Shown one piece after another: positions 62,580-64,000 of a DNA stretch of 64,000 nt (its first letter is position 1; the number at the start of each line of letters is the position of its first letter). The stretch is taken from the NCBI GenBank assembly GCA_963702435.1, contig CAVPCR010000003.1, positions 320,001-384,000 on the forward strand, written 5' to 3'. The notes beneath the pieces are model-generated. The model was not told where the DNA came from, searched no databases, and saw only the letters and a program-made list of their open reading frames with translations. This DNA is from Candidatus Eiseniibacteriota bacterium. GTDB taxonomy: Bacteria; Eisenbacteria; RBG-16-71-46; CAVPCR01. Both the position numbers and the translations under genes were made by a program.

Positions 62580-64000
62580 ATGACCTCGGAAAGAACAGGA
62601 CTCTCATCGTTGTCGGATCCCTGGCGCAATCGGGGTGCGCTCGTGCCGCTGGTCGCGGTCGCCCTGACCGCGCTCCTCGTGCGGCTCCTGTACCTCGCCG
62701 CGATCCGCCCGAGCCCGTTCTTCACGGCGCCGGTCGGCGTCGCCGGGAGCTACGTGGCCATGGCGGACGCGATCGCCGCCGGCGATCTGGCCGGCGGGAA
62801 CGCGGCCTACTGGCAACCGCCGCTCTACGGGTACGTGCTTGCCGCCTGGCGGGCGATCGCCGGGGGACCGCTGGCCATCCGCGCGGTCCAGTTTCTCCTC
62901 GGGACCGCGACCGTGCTCCTCGCGACCCGCCTCACCGCGCGTCTTCTCGGGCGCCGCGCGAGCCTCCTGGTCGGGTTTGCGGGCGCGGTCTATGGCCCCT
63001 TTCTCTTCTTCGAAGGCCGCCTCCTTCCGGCGAGCCTGGTCTCGTTCCTGAGCATCGCCGGGCTCGCCGCCCTCGAACGGGCGCGCGGGAGCGAGGCCAT
63101 CGCACCGCGCATCATGGCCGGGCTCTTCTTCGGCGCCGCCGCTCTCGCCCACCCGGAAGCCTTCTTCGTCGCCTTGGTCCTCGGCCTCGGACTCCTGTGG
63201 CTCGAGCGGACGGCGCCCGCGTACCCCAGGGGGGCACCACGGGGGATGGCGAGAGCAGGTGCTCCCGGTCGCCGTGGCGCAGGCGCCCGGGCGCTCGCCT
63301 TCCTCGGCGCGGCGCTCCTCGTGACCCTCCTCGCCACCGCCCGCAACTGGATCGTGGCGCGCGACCTGGTCTGGGTGAGCGCCGACGGCGGCCTTCGCTA
63401 CTTCCTCGGGAACAATGCGCGCTCGGACGAGACGCTCGCGATCCCTCCGGGGCGGACCTGGCTGGATCTCGTCGAGACTCCCCATCGCGAAGCCGGCCTC
63501 ACGCTTGCATCGGCTCGCTCACGTTACTTCTATGCCGCAGCCGGGCGTTTCATGCGCGAGCGGCCGCTCGCGTATGCCCGTCTCCTCGCCACGAAGGCCG
63601 CCCGCTTCCTGGCCGGCTACGAGACGACCCGGGGAGAAGACCTCTATGCCGCACGGGGCGAATCGCGGCTTCTCGCCGGGCTCGTCTGGCATGCCGGGCC
63701 GTTCGGTTTCCCGTTCGGCCTCGTGTCACCGCTCGCCGTGCTCGGGGCGGTCCTCTTCTGGCCTCGCCGGCGCGAGCTCGCCCTCGTCTACCTCTTCGCC
63801 GCCGCCTACGCGATCGCGACGATCGCCTTCTTCGTTACGGCGTCCTCGCGGCTGCCGGCGGTCCCTGCTCTTCTTGTCCTGGCCGCCGGAGCTGTGGACT
63901 GGATGCTCGCCCGCCGCCGGGTGCCGGGACTGACGCTGCGCTTCGGGGTCGCCGCCGGCGCGCTTCTCCTCCTGCTCAACCTGAATCCGGCGGTGCCCCG
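62580..64000 (+). CDS. ArnT/PMT-like (GT-C) membrane glycosyltransferase; runs off the window end
   Basis: My translation from ATG 62580: LLVRLLYLAAI..SPFF..., YWQPPLYGY, YGPFLFFEG, FLGNN, many TM helices; absent from the ORF track, consistent with no stop in the window. Confidence 0.7.
   Translation, partial: MTSERTGLSSLSDPWRNRGALVPLVAVALTALLVRLLYLAAIRPSPFFTAPVGVAGSYVAMADAIAAGDLAGGNAAYWQPPLYGYVLAAWRAIAGGPLAIRAVQFLLGTATVLLATRLTARLLGRRASLLVGFAGAVYGPFLFFEGRLLPASLVSFLSIAGLAALERARGSEAIAPRIMAGLFFGAAALAHPEAFFVALVLGLGLLWLERTAPAYPRGAPRGMARAGAPGRRGAGARALAFLGAALLVTLLATARNWIVARDLVWVSADGGLRYFLGNNARSDETLAIPPGRTWLDLVETPHREAGLTLASARSRYFYAAAGRFMRERPLAYARLLATKAARFLAGYETTRGEDLYAARGESRLLAGLVWHAGPFGFPFGLVSPLAVLGAVLFWPRRRELALVYLFAAAYAIATIAFFVTASSRLPAVPALLVLAAGAVDWMLARRRVPGLTLRFGVAAGALLLLLNLNPAVP

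Overview
High-GC bacterial chromosome window. The FlgD-type C-terminal domains and EPATWGGIK tails suggest an FCB-group candidate lineage such as Eisenbacteria/Latescibacteria (inference only). Left half: acyl-CoA metabolism (propionyl-CoA carboxylase subunits, split methylmalonyl-CoA mutase, epimerase, MeaB, two thiolases, Hbd, acyl-CoA dehydrogenase, ScoAB, a Dch-like hydratase) mixed with secreted/lipoproteins, arsR-arsM and an MFS transporter. Right half: a minus-strand housekeeping run (trpS, ruvB, queA, tgt, yajC, def, fmt, rsmB, PASTA protein, rpe, ffh, rpsP, khpA, rimM, trmD, rplS, rnhB, yraN), then rpoZ, a heterodimeric ABC exporter, an FmdB-type zinc ribbon, a metallopeptidase and a truncated GT-C glycosyltransferase. 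Main signals the ORF track misses: (1) a TPR-thioredoxin lipoprotein with in-frame UGA at the catalytic Cys position (UGPC) and a SECIS-like hairpin; (2) an ~850-bp non-coding array of 100-bp units with paired changes in an internal stem; (3) an identical EPATWGGIK C-terminal tag on three unrelated exported proteins; (4) a probable 6S RNA directly behind a sigma54-type promoter; (5) a CTG start for rnhB; (6) three single-base frameshifts that look like sequencing artefacts, two of them a C inserted just before GATC. No CRISPR array, tRNA, rRNA or transposase was recognised.
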